From: a virus
Reading direction: 5' to 3' (one strand)
Length of the DNA stretch: 34,515 nt
Virus record (IMG/VR): IMGVR_UViG_3300013936_000007
Span: 1 to 34,515 of that record
This document shows positions 16,230-22,815 of the stretch, piece by piece. The translations under genes were made by a program, and so were the position numbers. Position 1 is the first letter of the stretch; each line of letters opens with the position of its first letter. Below the pieces are notes generated by a model, which worked only from the letters and a program-made list of their open reading frames with translations, did no database searches and was not told the DNA's origin.

Positions 16230-16787
16230 TTACTCCTGGCTTATGATGTTGATGCCATAGATCTGCTCCAGCCGCTCCGCCATGGGCAGGCTGATCCGCC
16301 CGGACTTCTTCCAGCGGGCAATAGAGCCGGTTGTGATGCCGGTTTCCTGGCTCATGCCGTACAACCCGCCGCGATCCTCCAGCAGCGCCCGGAACAGGCC
16401 CATGTCGATATCTGCCCCTTGTCTGGACATCTTGACCGGCTCCGGCACATAGCAGCGCGGAGGATAGTTCCCGCCCGGCTTGTGCGGTCTGGGCGCGGTT
16501 GTGTCCACGATCTTGGGCTTGGGTTTTGGTTTTGGCTTCGGCGGCGGATCCAGTCCCAGCTTGATCCGCACATGGCGCTCACATGGGTCAATCATGCCCT
16601 GACGGATTGCCGGGTCTCCTTTGAGGAATTTCGGGCAGCCTGGGCCGCCGGGGTGTCCTCGCCCGTGGTCATTGCACAGGTGATACTCGCAGCCCACAAG
16701 GCCGCAGCTCAGGCAAAAATGCCAGACGCAGCGCCGGCAGAACTTAGCTTCCTGCCGATTCCTCTCAAAGCTCTCGTGCTTGCTCAT
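16230..16787 (-). CDS. Cys-rich N-terminal domain / (PK)5 linker / C-terminal HTH protein
   Basis: Start refined to the ATG at 16787, with RBS AGAGGGGA. Contains CRRC..CLSC..C..H.C, then PPPKPKPKPKPK, then an HTH-like MSQETGITTGSIARWKKSGRIS. Confidence 0.55.
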   Translation of the reverse strand: MSKHESFERNRQEAKFCRRCVWHFCLSCGLVGCEYHLCNDHGRGHPGGPGCPKFLKGDPAIRQGMIDPCERHVRIKLGLDPPPKPKPKPKPKIVDTTAPRPHKPGGNYPPRCYVPEPVKMSRQGADIDMGLFRALLEDRGGLYGMSQETGITTGSIARWKKSGRISLPMAERLEQIYGINIISQE

Positions 16788-16949
16788 GCAATCCCCTCTT
16801 TCTTGGGCACGGCGGTCATGGCCGACCCGCCGCGCCCAGCTGATAGGAAGGATAACCGGTGGTTTCGCCGGTTGGGCATGATAACGCTCATGCGGGCGGC
16901 TGTCTTTCCAGCAGCCAGGCACTTAGACCGGTTATGGAGATATATTAGA

Positions 16950-16969
16950 GTCCGCAGACTCCCGCAGAC
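16950..16969 (-). repeat. two direct GTCTGCGG(G/A) repeats, 10-nt period, immediately upstream of a TAATAT box (minus strand)
   Basis: The plus strand reads gtccgcagac tcccgcagac. An inverted copy ctgcggac is at 17058..17065. Confidence 0.45.
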
Positions 16970-17073
16970 GTCCGCTGCAAAAAAGGAGAGAACGCAGCGG
17001 AACGCCCACACAAGAAGGAAGTTCGGGCGCAGCTAGACGGCTCTGCGCCTGCGGCAGCCTGCGGACAAGCTGG

Positions 17074-17295
17074 TCACCGGTGCAGGCTGCCGCACATGTA
17101 CCGCGCCAGAAACACCTTGTTGACCGTTGCGTCCACAATGGGGACGCCAGCCTTGCCCAGCCGGTTCATCACCGTCTCATACTTGCTGACCCCCAGCACC
17201 GCCCCGCACTCCTTGATGCGCAGCATATCATGATCCGGGTACCGCTCGTTGAGCAGCTCCAGAATATCCCGGTACCCGTCCTTTTCTCTGGGCAT
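17074..17295 (-). CDS. hypothetical protein
   Basis: 73-aa ORF whose ATG overlaps the upstream stop (TAATG). Confidence 0.5.
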   Translation of the reverse strand: MPREKDGYRDILELLNERYPDHDMLRIKECGAVLGVSKYETVMNRLGKAGVPIVDATVNKVFLARYMCGSLHR

Positions 17296-17459
17296 TATGC
17301 TCCCTCCTTCTGTTCGGACTGCGACTTGTGCGCTTTCAGCCGTCCGTGGACTTCGCCGCAGACGTACCCCTGTTCCATGGGGGACATCTGTCTCCAGAGC
17401 TGTCCGAGGGCTTCAAGAGCCGCAATTGCGTCCGGCGACAGTTTAATCATCGTGTCCAT
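17295..17459 (-). CDS. hypothetical small protein
   Basis: 54 aa starting at the ATG at 17459, with RBS AGGAGG. Confidence 0.5.
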   Translation of the reverse strand: MDTMIKLSPDAIAALEALGQLWRQMSPMEQGYVCGEVHGRLKAHKSQSEQKEGA

Positions 17460-17483
17460 TATGTACCTCCTTCTGATATCGTC

Positions 17484-17512
17484 TTGTCCCTCCCTGCCCC
17501 GCGTGGTAGAAT
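17484..17512 (+). promoter_or_regulatory. plus-strand promoter TTGTCC-17-TAGAAT
   Basis: -35 at 17484..17489, 17-nt spacer ending in TGG, -10 TAGAAT at 17507..17512. It lies 22 nt upstream of a strong RBS and ATG. Confidence 0.5.
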
Positions 17513-17534
17513 ATGGGCGAAAGGAGGTGATAAT

Positions 17535-17714
17535 ATGTCCGATCATTTCCCTGCAAACGAAGTCGAAGCGCTTGCATATCTGTACGTTCAGCGCTATGGT
17601 GACGGAAAAGGGTTAAATGCCGAAACCATTTACAAGAAGTACAAAGAAGCCTACGACAAAATCAGCCAGTGCCGCCAGCAGGATCAGGCGAATCAGACCG
17701 TCAAAGGCGAGTGA
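17535..17714 (+). CDS. small plus-strand protein (59 aa), unknown function
   Basis: RBS AAGGAGGTGA at 17521..17530, ATG at 17535, with its own promoter. Third-position GC is high (about 74 percent) in the part that overlaps the convergent ORF. Confidence 0.55.
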   Translation: MSDHFPANEVEALAYLYVQRYGDGKGLNAETIYKKYKEAYDKISQCRQQDQANQTVKGE

Positions 17715-17837
17715 TCTACTGATCTTCACCATCTGATCAGACAACCGGTCTGAAGCAATCTCCGGGAGCATCCGCTCCGACTCCTTCGCCAACAGCTCCA
17801 TCTGTTGACGGAGGAGTTCCTTCTCTTTCTTCCGCAT
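17613..17837 (-). CDS. coiled-coil protein with hydrophobic C-terminal tail (74 aa)
   Basis: ATG at 17837 with RBS GGGGGTGA. The N-terminal two thirds have high GC3. The last 34 codons overlap the plus-strand ORF. Confidence 0.45.
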   Translation of the reverse strand: MRKKEKELLRQQMELLAKESERMLPEIASDRLSDQMVKISRSLAFDGLIRLILLAALADFVVGFFVLLVNGFGI

Positions 17838-17871
17838 CCCCTCACCCCCTCTTTCTGAATATCGCCTTGCA

Positions 17872-18078
17872 TTAAGTCCCCTCCAGAAACCGCTCGATCT
17901 TGCAGCCAAACACCGCTGCCAGACCTGCCGCCACTTGAAGGCTGGGGTTTCGTGTACCACGCTCGATTTGGCAGAGCGCTGCCTGAGTGATGCCAACCCG
18001 CTCCGCGGTTTCCGCCTGGGTTAGATTCTGGGATTCACGGACTTCCTGGATGTTCTTCCCTATGGTCACTCCGTTCAC
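17872..18078 (-). CDS. Cro-like XRE-family HTH regulator
   Basis: 68 aa with LTQAETAERVGITQAALCQIERG. It is divergent from the CI-like gene. Confidence 0.8.
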   Translation of the reverse strand: MNGVTIGKNIQEVRESQNLTQAETAERVGITQAALCQIERGTRNPSLQVAAGLAAVFGCKIERFLEGT

Positions 18079-18111
18079 CCCCTTCTTGTGCTTTATCCCT
18101 TTTTGTGGTAT

Positions 18112-18149
18112 AGTTAAGGAAATTGCTTAACTTAGTTATATTATTAACT
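18112..18149. promoter_or_regulatory. candidate operators of the genetic switch (AGTTAAG-N7-CTTAACT and AGTTA-N6-TAACT)
   Basis: Two adjacent palindromes sharing the AGTTA/TAACT half-site, in the 149-bp divergent intergenic region. Confidence 0.5.
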
Positions 18150-18227
18150 CACTTTTTTGAGATTGTCAAGCTATTTTCTCATTTTAGTAAGAAGTTTAGC
18201 ACATTGCACAAAAAGGGAGTGATAATT

Positions 18228-18581
18228 TTGTTTTGGGAACGTTTTAGCCAACTATGCGATGAGCATGGAATTAAGCCGAATCCATTAGCCAAAGAAATCG
18301 GCATTTCTTCCGGTATCATCACAAAATGGAAAACAGCCGGAACACTGCCGAACGGAGAAACGCTTAAAAAATTGGCAAGCTATTTCGGTTGCTCTATTGA
18401 TTATCTCCTTGGGCTTTCCGGAGATGCAGAAAAATCCCCTTTCGTTTCGGAAGAGGATCAGGATCTGCTAAATACGGTTCACCGGCTGGATGCACGGGAT
18501 CAAGGCAAAGTGTTGGGCTATGCCGAAAGCCTTCTGTCTGCCGAGAAGTACTTGGCGAAAGACGGATTCAAAAACGCTTGA
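18228..18581 (+). CDS. CI-like XRE-family repressor
   Basis: HTH NPLAKEIGISSGIITKWKTAG. The probable TTG start at 18228 lies 8 nt after AAGGGAG; the longer ORF from 18123 is hydrophobic junk. Confidence 0.7.
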   Translation: MFWERFSQLCDEHGIKPNPLAKEIGISSGIITKWKTAGTLPNGETLKKLASYFGCSIDYLLGLSGDAEKSPFVSEEDQDLLNTVHRLDARDQGKVLGYAESLLSAEKYLAKDGFKNA

Positions 18582-18645
18582 ATAACACCATATTTGTCGA
18601 ATTTTAAGATAACATCGGAGAGAAAACAGGAAGGGACGTGTAAGC

Positions 18646-19767
18646 ATGGCATTGATTGTGATTGTGGTTCTAATAAGCATATTTCTGGTTTGGAAATCCA
18701 ATAAGAAGAAAAAAACGGTGAACCACGGAAGCGAAATCAAACAGATCAAGAGCCAAGGAACAGTTCCAAAGCCGCCACAGCAACGTACACCTAAACTTGA
18801 CGGCATTATAACCGATGTAAAAAAAGACAATAGTACATCTACCCAAGTTTCTTATGCAGGAAAGCAACCTAAGTTTGGCAATGACTTTCATGCTTATACA
18901 CTTCCGTTTGAGCGGCATAAATCCTTGAATTTGCTTCGGGGCATGATTGCTGGTGCATCTTGCGACGGGGCGATCTCCGACAAGGAGCTTACGGAAATAG
19001 CTGGTTGGTGTAACGCGCAAGTGTCGCTTTATGACCTTGAACCCTTCTTCCAGCTCCATTCGATCGAGTACCGGTTCATCAGTACAGGGCGTATCAGCAA
19101 TAACGATAGGAAGACTTTGCTCACTGGATATATGCACCCGTCAACTATACGAAAGCGCATAGATGAAAAAACCTCCGAGGCGCAGTTCCTCACAGGCCTT
19201 TGCTATGGCCTGATCTCAGACGCAGAGCTTACAGATTTCGAAGTGCAGGCGCTTGATGATTGGCTGTCTACGAATGAAAATCTAAAAGGCTCCTTTCTGT
19301 ACGACAACCTGTCAGAACTCGTTTCAAAAGCTTTAGAGAGTAGCCCGATACAGGAGCAAGACAGAATCGCGCTATATTGTTTCATTGGAGATTTAGTGGA
19401 CTTCCGATATTCCGCCAATTTATGTGCTTCGGACTTCGACAATCTCAAGCGTGAATACTGCATAAAGGAGCTTGTCGAAAAGGATGCTGTGATTACGCTT
19501 CCCAAACATAGTATTTGCCTTGCTGGGCAATCTTCGAGAGCATCCCACGATGAGCTTCTTTCGATTTTGGAGCAGTGCGGTGCGCTGTATAGAGAGCACG
19601 TGTCAAGTAAGACAGATTATCTTATAGTCCTTGATGTTCCGGATCCCGCTTGGTCTTTCCCACGATATGGTCGTAAATTCGAGCGCGGCATTGAACTTAT
19701 GCAGTCAGGATCAAAGCTCAAAATTGTGTCAGAGACGGTATTCTGGAACGCTGTTGCGGTTGTGTAG
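18646..19767 (+). CDS. membrane-anchored protein with two TerB-like repeats and a C-terminal BRCT domain
   Basis: N-terminal TM segment MALIVIVVLISIFLVW followed by KKKK. TerB-like repeats MIAGASCDGAISDKELTEIAGW and LCYGLISDAELTDFEVQALDDWL. The BRCT-like C-terminus reads ICLAGQSSRASHDELLSILEQCGALYREHVSSKTDYLIV...KLKIVSETVFW. Confidence 0.65.
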   Translation: MALIVIVVLISIFLVWKSNKKKKTVNHGSEIKQIKSQGTVPKPPQQRTPKLDGIITDVKKDNSTSTQVSYAGKQPKFGNDFHAYTLPFERHKSLNLLRGMIAGASCDGAISDKELTEIAGWCNAQVSLYDLEPFFQLHSIEYRFISTGRISNNDRKTLLTGYMHPSTIRKRIDEKTSEAQFLTGLCYGLISDAELTDFEVQALDDWLSTNENLKGSFLYDNLSELVSKALESSPIQEQDRIALYCFIGDLVDFRYSANLCASDFDNLKREYCIKELVEKDAVITLPKHSICLAGQSSRASHDELLSILEQCGALYREHVSSKTDYLIVLDVPDPAWSFPRYGRKFERGIELMQSGSKLKIVSETVFWNAVAVV

Positions 19768-19780
19768 TTGCATTGCAAAC

Positions 19781-19813
19781 AACGCCCCGCGTCCAATTTG
19801 GACACGGGGCGTT
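19781..19813. terminator. bidirectional hairpin terminator between convergent genes, with a copy of the dispersed palindrome in its loop
   Basis: AACGCCCCG-CGTCCAATTTGGACA-CGGGGCGTT. Confidence 0.55.
19790..19804. repeat. dispersed palindrome copy 6: CGTCCAATTTGGACA
   Basis: Intergenic, forming the loop and inner stem of the terminator hairpin. Confidence 0.9.
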
Positions 19814-19830
19814 ACTTTACCTGTAATTCC

Positions 19831-20235
19831 TCAGCCGATTCCCAGTTTGTTTCTCAGTGCATCCTGGAGCACCTGAGAAAAGTTCAGTGCATTCTTTTCC
19901 GCCAGATCGTTCAGCCAAGCCGGAATCGACAGTGTTTTCTTTACCGATTTGCTTTCGTAGAATCGCCGGTACCAGTCTGTATCACAGGACACCAGCGAAA
20001 CGAACGCATCGTTATCATGGGCAATTTCGTTCACACCGGAGGGCTCCGGAATCGTTTCCCCCTCCTGCTCCATTTCGTACAGGGTTAAGCACAAAACATC
20101 GTTTGCCATTTCAAGTCCTTCCTGAATGGATGCCGCGCTGGTATAGCAGCTTTCCAGATCGGGGAAGGAAATCGAATACCATTCGCCCTCCTTCTTGAAG
20201 ACGGCAGGATAAGCATACTTCGCCATATCTATCAT
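19831..20235 (-). CDS. hicB: HicB-family antitoxin
   Basis: 134 aa. The N-terminus YAYPAVFKKEGEWYSISFPDL is a HicB-like fold and the C-terminus is a DNA-binding-like tail. The gene lies directly downstream of hicA. Confidence 0.85.
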   Translation of the reverse strand: MIDMAKYAYPAVFKKEGEWYSISFPDLESCYTSAASIQEGLEMANDVLCLTLYEMEQEGETIPEPSGVNEIAHDNDAFVSLVSCDTDWYRRFYESKSVKKTLSIPAWLNDLAEKNALNFSQVLQDALRNKLGIG

Positions 20236-20263
20236 TTCCTTTCTTGGGGTGGGAACCCCGGTC

Positions 20264-20449
20264 TTATTTCAGACCGGAGTCCTGTAGGATGTTTTTCAAT
20301 GTACCGGGTGGCACCTCCTGAGTTTTGTGCCGCCCAACCGGGAACTTCTTTCCGGTGATCGGGCTGTACCATATATCATGCCGGCTTCCGTCCCGTACTA
20401 TGTAGCAGCCCGCTTTCTTGAGCTTCTGCGTAAGCTCACTGTATCGCAT
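20264..20449 (-). CDS. hicA: HicA-family mRNA interferase toxin
   Basis: 61 aa: ELTQKLKKAGCYIVRDGSRHDIWYSP..GKKFPVGRHKTQEVPPGTLKNIL. Confidence 0.9.
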   Translation of the reverse strand: MRYSELTQKLKKAGCYIVRDGSRHDIWYSPITGKKFPVGRHKTQEVPPGTLKNILQDSGLK

Positions 20450-20471
20450 TTCATCTCCTCCTTACCCTTAT

Positions 20472-20500
20472 ATTATACTACGTATTTTATACGTTGTCAA
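20472..20500 (-). promoter_or_regulatory. consensus sigma-70 promoter of hicAB (TTGACA-17-TATAAT)
   Basis: On the minus strand, TTGACA is at 20500..20495, the spacer is exactly 17 nt, and TATAAT is at 20477..20472. Confidence 0.75.
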
Positions 20501-20526
20501 TAACTTTATACGTAATATTTACGTAT
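20480..20526. promoter_or_regulatory. two ACGTAT-type palindromes (candidate HicB operators)
   Basis: ACGTAT-TTT-ATACGT at 20480..20494 lies inside the promoter spacer. ATACGTAA-TAT-TTACGTAT at 20508..20526 lies just upstream of the -35. Confidence 0.5.
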
Positions 20527-20534
20527 TTTATGCT

Positions 20535-20549
20535 TGTCCAATTTGGACA
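20535..20549. repeat. dispersed palindrome copy 7: TGTCCAATTTGGACA (perfect)
   Basis: Intergenic, 35 bp upstream of the hicAB -35 box. Confidence 0.95.
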
Positions 20550-20560
20550 CGGGCTTAATC

Positions 20561-20779
20561 TTACCTGCCGATTAACTTGTTGAGTTCTGCCGCAAAGTCC
20601 GGGATATCCTCCGGGTCTGCCAGAACCCGCCGCCCGATTGCCTCCAGGGGCCCGCTCCCGTCTGGGACGGAGATGCCCATCCTGCGGGCAATTTCTTCCG
20701 CTTTTACCGCTCGCCCTGTCGGGCAGTAGACCATATGTACCATCCACGCTGCCAGGTCTGGATCATGATGATAGTTCAT
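20561..20779 (-). CDS. hypothetical small protein (72 aa)
   Basis: ATG at 20779 with RBS AAAGGAGG. A TATAAT box is at 20807..20802 on the minus strand. Confidence 0.5.
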   Translation of the reverse strand: MNYHHDPDLAAWMVHMVYCPTGRAVKAEEIARRMGISVPDGSGPLEAIGRRVLADPEDIPDFAAELNKLIGR

Positions 20780-20902
20780 CCCACCGCCTCCTTTTGTCAC
20801 CATTATAACCCATTTTATAGCAAAAACGGGACACTGAGAGTGACCTCATATGCATAAATACCCAAGGTGGATTTTGGTTATAATACCGGCAGGGGTGTGT
20901 GA

Positions 20903-21130
20903 GTGGAAATCAGAATTGCGGAGCAGATCCGCGCTCTGCGCAAACGCAGCGGGTACCGATCGGCGGCGGCACTGGCGGCAGCACTGTGTCTCTCCGGCTA
21001 TGATTGCTCTGCGTCGTTGGTCAAAAGCTGGGAAGCCGGGGTGCGGTACCCGACACTCCCGGCCGTCCGGGCGCTGTGTGACCTGCTGGAGGTAAGTGCC
21101 GACGAGCTGATCTTTGGCGTGGAAAAATAA
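20903..21130 (+). CDS. XRE-family HTH regulator upstream of integrase
   Basis: GTG start. Contains IRALRKRSGYRSAAALAAAL...VKSWEAG. A TATAAT box is at 20879..20884. Confidence 0.7.
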   Translation: MEIRIAEQIRALRKRSGYRSAAALAAALCLSGYDCSASLVKSWEAGVRYPTLPAVRALCDLLEVSADELIFGVEK

Positions 21131-21292
21131 AAGCGCCCGTGCCATTGCGATCATGGCACGGGCGTGATAAGATAGAAGGACGGGACAGCGATCCCACGCT
21201 GCCCCGCCCAGAAGAAAAGAAAAGGACTTAAATGCACATATATTATAGCCTATTTTCTTCTGGCAGTCAAACGAAGCAAGGAGGTTATAATT

Positions 21293-22378
21293 TTGCCGAA
21301 GAAAAAAGGGCTCGACTATGCCAGTTTGTACACGCTCCGGAAGGACGGGCGGTATATGTATCGCTGGACGGATTCTTCCGGCCGGCACTGCCTGTACGAC
21401 AAAGATCCGGAAAAGCTCTGGCATAAGATCAACGATCCAAAGCCGGAAGTGGTGTACACGTTTGCAGACGCCGTGGACGAGTGGGAGCGGCAGCACCTTG
21501 AGGAAATCAGCTATAAGACCGCCGAGGCCTACGCGGCCCCCACCCGGCGGTTGAAAGAGCAGTATGGGGCGCGTCCGGTATCCGATATCACAGCTGCCGA
21601 TGTGGCAGCTTATCTCTCCGTGCTGGGCAAAAAGGGCTTTTCCAAGCGGTCCGTGCAGATGCATCGGGACATCCTCAACATGGTTTTTAACCACGCCATT
21701 GTGGCGGGGCACATCACGGCAAATCCGTGCGCCGCTGTGTCTATGCCGCGGAACCTCCCATCGCACAAGCGGGAGTTGCCCACCGACGAGGCCATTCAAG
21801 CCGTCAAGCACGGTGCAGACGTGCCCTTTGGTTTGTTTGCCCTGGTGTGCCTTTACGCCGGACTGCGGCGCGGGGAAGCGCTGGCATTGACCTATGAGGA
21901 CATCGACAGAGACGCAGGCGTCATCCATGTGACCAAGGCCGTGGAGTTTATCGGCAACAACCCGCACCTGAAAACGCCCAAAACCGCTGCCGGTTACCGG
22001 GATGCGATCCTGTTGGATGCTTTGGCCGCAGCACTCCCGGAAGATGGCGCCGGGCTTTTGTTTCCGCGCCAAGACGGCGGCCTGCTTACAAAGATCCAGT
22101 ATCGCAAACGCTGGGCAAAATATTGCGAGGCCATCGGCTATGAGATCACCGCCCATCAGCTGCGGCACGGCTTTGCGACGATCCTATACGAGGCTGGAGT
22201 ACCGGACAAAGACGCCCAAGAGCTGCTGGGCCATAGCAGCATCACCGTCACCCGGGACGTATATACTCACATCCGGCAGAGCCAGCGGAGTGCCACAGCC
22301 AGCCGCCTGAACCGGTATATTGCCGGGGAGGACGCCGAAAAAGCTGACACCAATTCTGACACCAAAGAACCGGAATAA
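21293..22378 (+). CDS. int: tyrosine site-specific integrase
   Basis: TTG start 8 nt after AAGGAGG. C-terminal catalytic signature GLRRGEALAL...HQLRHGFAT...LLGHSSITVTRDVYTHI. Confidence 0.92.
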   Translation: MPKKKGLDYASLYTLRKDGRYMYRWTDSSGRHCLYDKDPEKLWHKINDPKPEVVYTFADAVDEWERQHLEEISYKTAEAYAAPTRRLKEQYGARPVSDITAADVAAYLSVLGKKGFSKRSVQMHRDILNMVFNHAIVAGHITANPCAAVSMPRNLPSHKRELPTDEAIQAVKHGADVPFGLFALVCLYAGLRRGEALALTYEDIDRDAGVIHVTKAVEFIGNNPHLKTPKTAAGYRDAILLDALAAALPEDGAGLLFPRQDGGLLTKIQYRKRWAKYCEAIGYEITAHQLRHGFATILYEAGVPDKDAQELLGHSSITVTRDVYTHIRQSQRSATASRLNRYIAGEDAEKADTNSDTKEPE

Positions 22379-22432
22379 ACCGGATTTTAGCGGAACATTT
22401 TGACTTGTAAGACATGGGGCCTAGAAAACAAT

Positions 22433-22468
22433 AAAGCCCCGAAACCGTTGCAGTTTCAGGGCTTTTTA
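22433..22468 (+). terminator. rho-independent terminator after int
   Basis: AAAGCCCCGAAAC / GTTTCAGGGCTTT stem with one mismatch, followed by TTTTT. Confidence 0.6.
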
Positions 22469-22479
22469 ATCAATGTTTC

Positions 22480-22529
22480 TGGTGACCCGCCGGGGAATCG
22501 AACCCCGGACACCCTGCTTAAAAGGCAGG
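22480..22529 (-). other. attP core candidate: 3-prime 50 nt of a tRNA-Lys(UUU), from the anticodon arm to CCA, with no D-arm or 5-prime acceptor
   Basis: The minus strand reads CCTGC-CTTTTAA-GCAGG GTGTC CGGGG-TTCGATT-CCCCG GCGGGTC A CCA. The sequence upstream of it does not fold into a D-arm or acceptor stem. Confidence 0.8.
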
Positions 22530-22781
22530 ATTAAAGCCTTTATTTGCATCGCAATCTCGAAATCCGACACCAAATTTGACACGCTTGAAGAACTCCGAGA
22601 GAGTGTCAAGCGCATTATGAACGAGTAAGAAATGAGCGGCTGCCCCGTTAAGACCGCCGCTCACCCACCAATAAGGTGCCCCGGGAGCCTTACCCCGGGC
22701 ACCTACCATAATATCAGATTACGTTGTAGAAATCAAGCGTTTGGAACCGGGAATAGGAGACGACAACGTATGCAACCTAAC

Positions 22782-22808
22782 AAAGCCCCTCCATCACGGA
22801 GGGGCTTT
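22782..22808 (-). terminator. terminator after the endolysin gene
   Basis: 11-bp stem AAAGCCCCTCC / GGAGGGGCTTT with a 5-nt loop, 8 nt after the stop codon. Confidence 0.65.
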
Positions 22809-22815
22809 GTCTTAT

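Noticed and set aside
16784-17138. 75-aa and 68-aa minus-strand ORFs, and the 45-codon N-terminal extension of the 16230..16922 ORF
   Set aside because: They have no RBS and an implausible Arg/Cys-rich composition. The strong RBS and ATG at 16787 define the real gene start, so the region is treated as non-coding and regulatory.
20846-22168. 440-aa minus-strand ORF
   Set aside because: It is antisense to the integrase gene, whose catalytic signature is unambiguous. It is a shadow ORF.
22518-22709. 63-aa ORF in the int-lysin spacer
   Set aside because: It has no RBS, overlaps the tRNA fragment and the hairpins, and has odd composition. The region is better explained as attP.
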